From Camelus ferus (taxonomy: Eukaryota): DNA of 64,000 nucleotides. The position numbers and the translations under genes were made by a program. The stretch covers positions 5,954,001-6,018,000 of the forward strand of contig NC_045697.1 in NCBI RefSeq assembly GCF_009834535.1, read 5' to 3'. The stretch's first letter is position 1. Each line of letters begins with the position of its first letter. Shown one piece after another: positions 62,888-64,000 of this stretch. Under the pieces are notes generated by a model that searched no databases, had not been told where the DNA came from, and saw only the letters and a list, made by a program, of their open reading frames with translations.

Positions 62888-64000
62888 CCGTAGGGACTTG
62901 CTGAGTGAGTGTCGAATAAATACGTGAGAAATACAATCACTTCCTGAGTGCTAGCCAGTTGCCAGGCTCTGTGTCTGGTGCCTGGAGCACAGAAGGGATG
63001 GAGACGAGGTCCCTGCTTTTGCAACACCCCCGATGTTAGATGGGACTGAGCAGCCACGGCCTCTGCAGTACGGGGTGAAGAGAATGAGACCAGCAGCAAA
63101 TCTCGGGGCGGAGGGAGCACGGAGGAGGGGCTGTCTGGTTCTAAGAAAGGTTCAAGGGTCAGTGTGCGCTGACTTTTTAAAGCTGAGAAGCCATTCCTCA
63201 AATGGATAAGGTGGGGGAACAGATGTGCAAAGGCTGGACTTCTGCAAGCATGGGTGGCCAGTGGGGCAGCTGCAGGCACCTCCGTGTGGCCGGGAAGCAG
63301 GGAGAATGTGTGGTGTGGGGAGAGGGTCAGGGTGGGCAAGAGGGGCAGGCGGGGCAGAGATCCTGATGGTCCCCGCAGAGGTCAGTACATGTGGGCAGTC
63401 TTTCCAGATAAGTCCATGTGACAGATAGAGGTGTCCCGTTCTGCTCCCTGGGCACTTGGCATCTCCTCCCTCAGTACTGCGCGAGCCCCTGGAGCGTTCA
63501 GATCCCAGTGTGCACCTTCATAAGAGCTGAGATCAAACTCCACCCTGTTGCGTGGACCAGGGTGCGTCCGTCCTTCCCAGCCACTCGTAAACTGCGCTTA
63601 CAGGGCTTAACTTCGTGCCGGGCACAGAGTCAGCCGTCATAAGCTTTTTCAGACTGTAACTGACAGGCTTCGGGACAATCTCCTTTCCCTTGAAGTTAAG
63701 TTCTTTCATCTGCCTCATTCATTAGGCTTCTCCGCCACTGCCTGGGGGTTATGCCCACGAATAAAATATGTGGCAGGAAACTGCCTTTCTGGTTTTCTTT
63801 CTTTGCCTTCACCTAATTCCAGCTCCCTGTCAAGTCTCCTTGAGTTGATCTGCTCGCCACAGAAGCTGCCTCAGGCTAACTTAAAGCTTCTCTCCTGGGA
63901 GGTTGAGCCTTTTCATTCAATCCTGGAGGGGCGGCCCCCACCAGGAAACCCTCGGCCATTTATCTCCTAGTGTCTCCCAGCCAGTCTCCTAGGGTGGCTC

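Noticed and set aside
31499..64000. Search for the preceding SLC2A9 exon (..PWVPYLSI..FCSGP) or a second, more conserved copy of the 128-bp exon
   Set aside because: Not found by eye in this interval or in 14271-31370. The exon probably lies beyond the window; tBLASTn with GLUT9 would confirm.
1..64000. Remaining short ORFs, and any CRISPR, operon or prokaryotic defence-type system
   Set aside because: This is mammalian intronic and intergenic DNA. The other ORFs show no recognisable domains and overlap repeats, and there is no repeat-spacer array.

Overview
This is mammalian genomic DNA, most likely camelid (alpaca/llama/camel), judged from tRNA-derived Vic-1-like SINEs and the matching L1 3' UTR type. 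The only host gene is the 3' end of SLC2A9 (GLUT9, urate/hexose transporter) on the minus strand. It has a 128-bp penultimate coding exon (31371-31498) and a terminal coding exon (14016-14270), separated by a 17.1-kb intron; the rest of the window upstream lies in a >32-kb intron. Everything else is transposon-derived or simple repeat: a decayed ERV-L provirus just 3' of the gene, a 2.9-kb 5'-truncated L1 with a perfect TSD, two related solo ERV1 LTRs, many MaLR LTRs, hAT MITEs, SINEs and (GAT/GGT)n arrays. I see no new multi-gene system. The most notable signal is the penultimate GLUT9 exon, which is intact but has about 10 of 43 residues changed versus human (recalled from memory). These include N458S and N462S on either side of the substrate-pocket W459, and they show a strong AT->GC bias that is echoed by CpG-rich ancient repeats nearby. 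Repeat family names come from recalled consensus motifs, and their boundaries are approximate unless a TSD is given.
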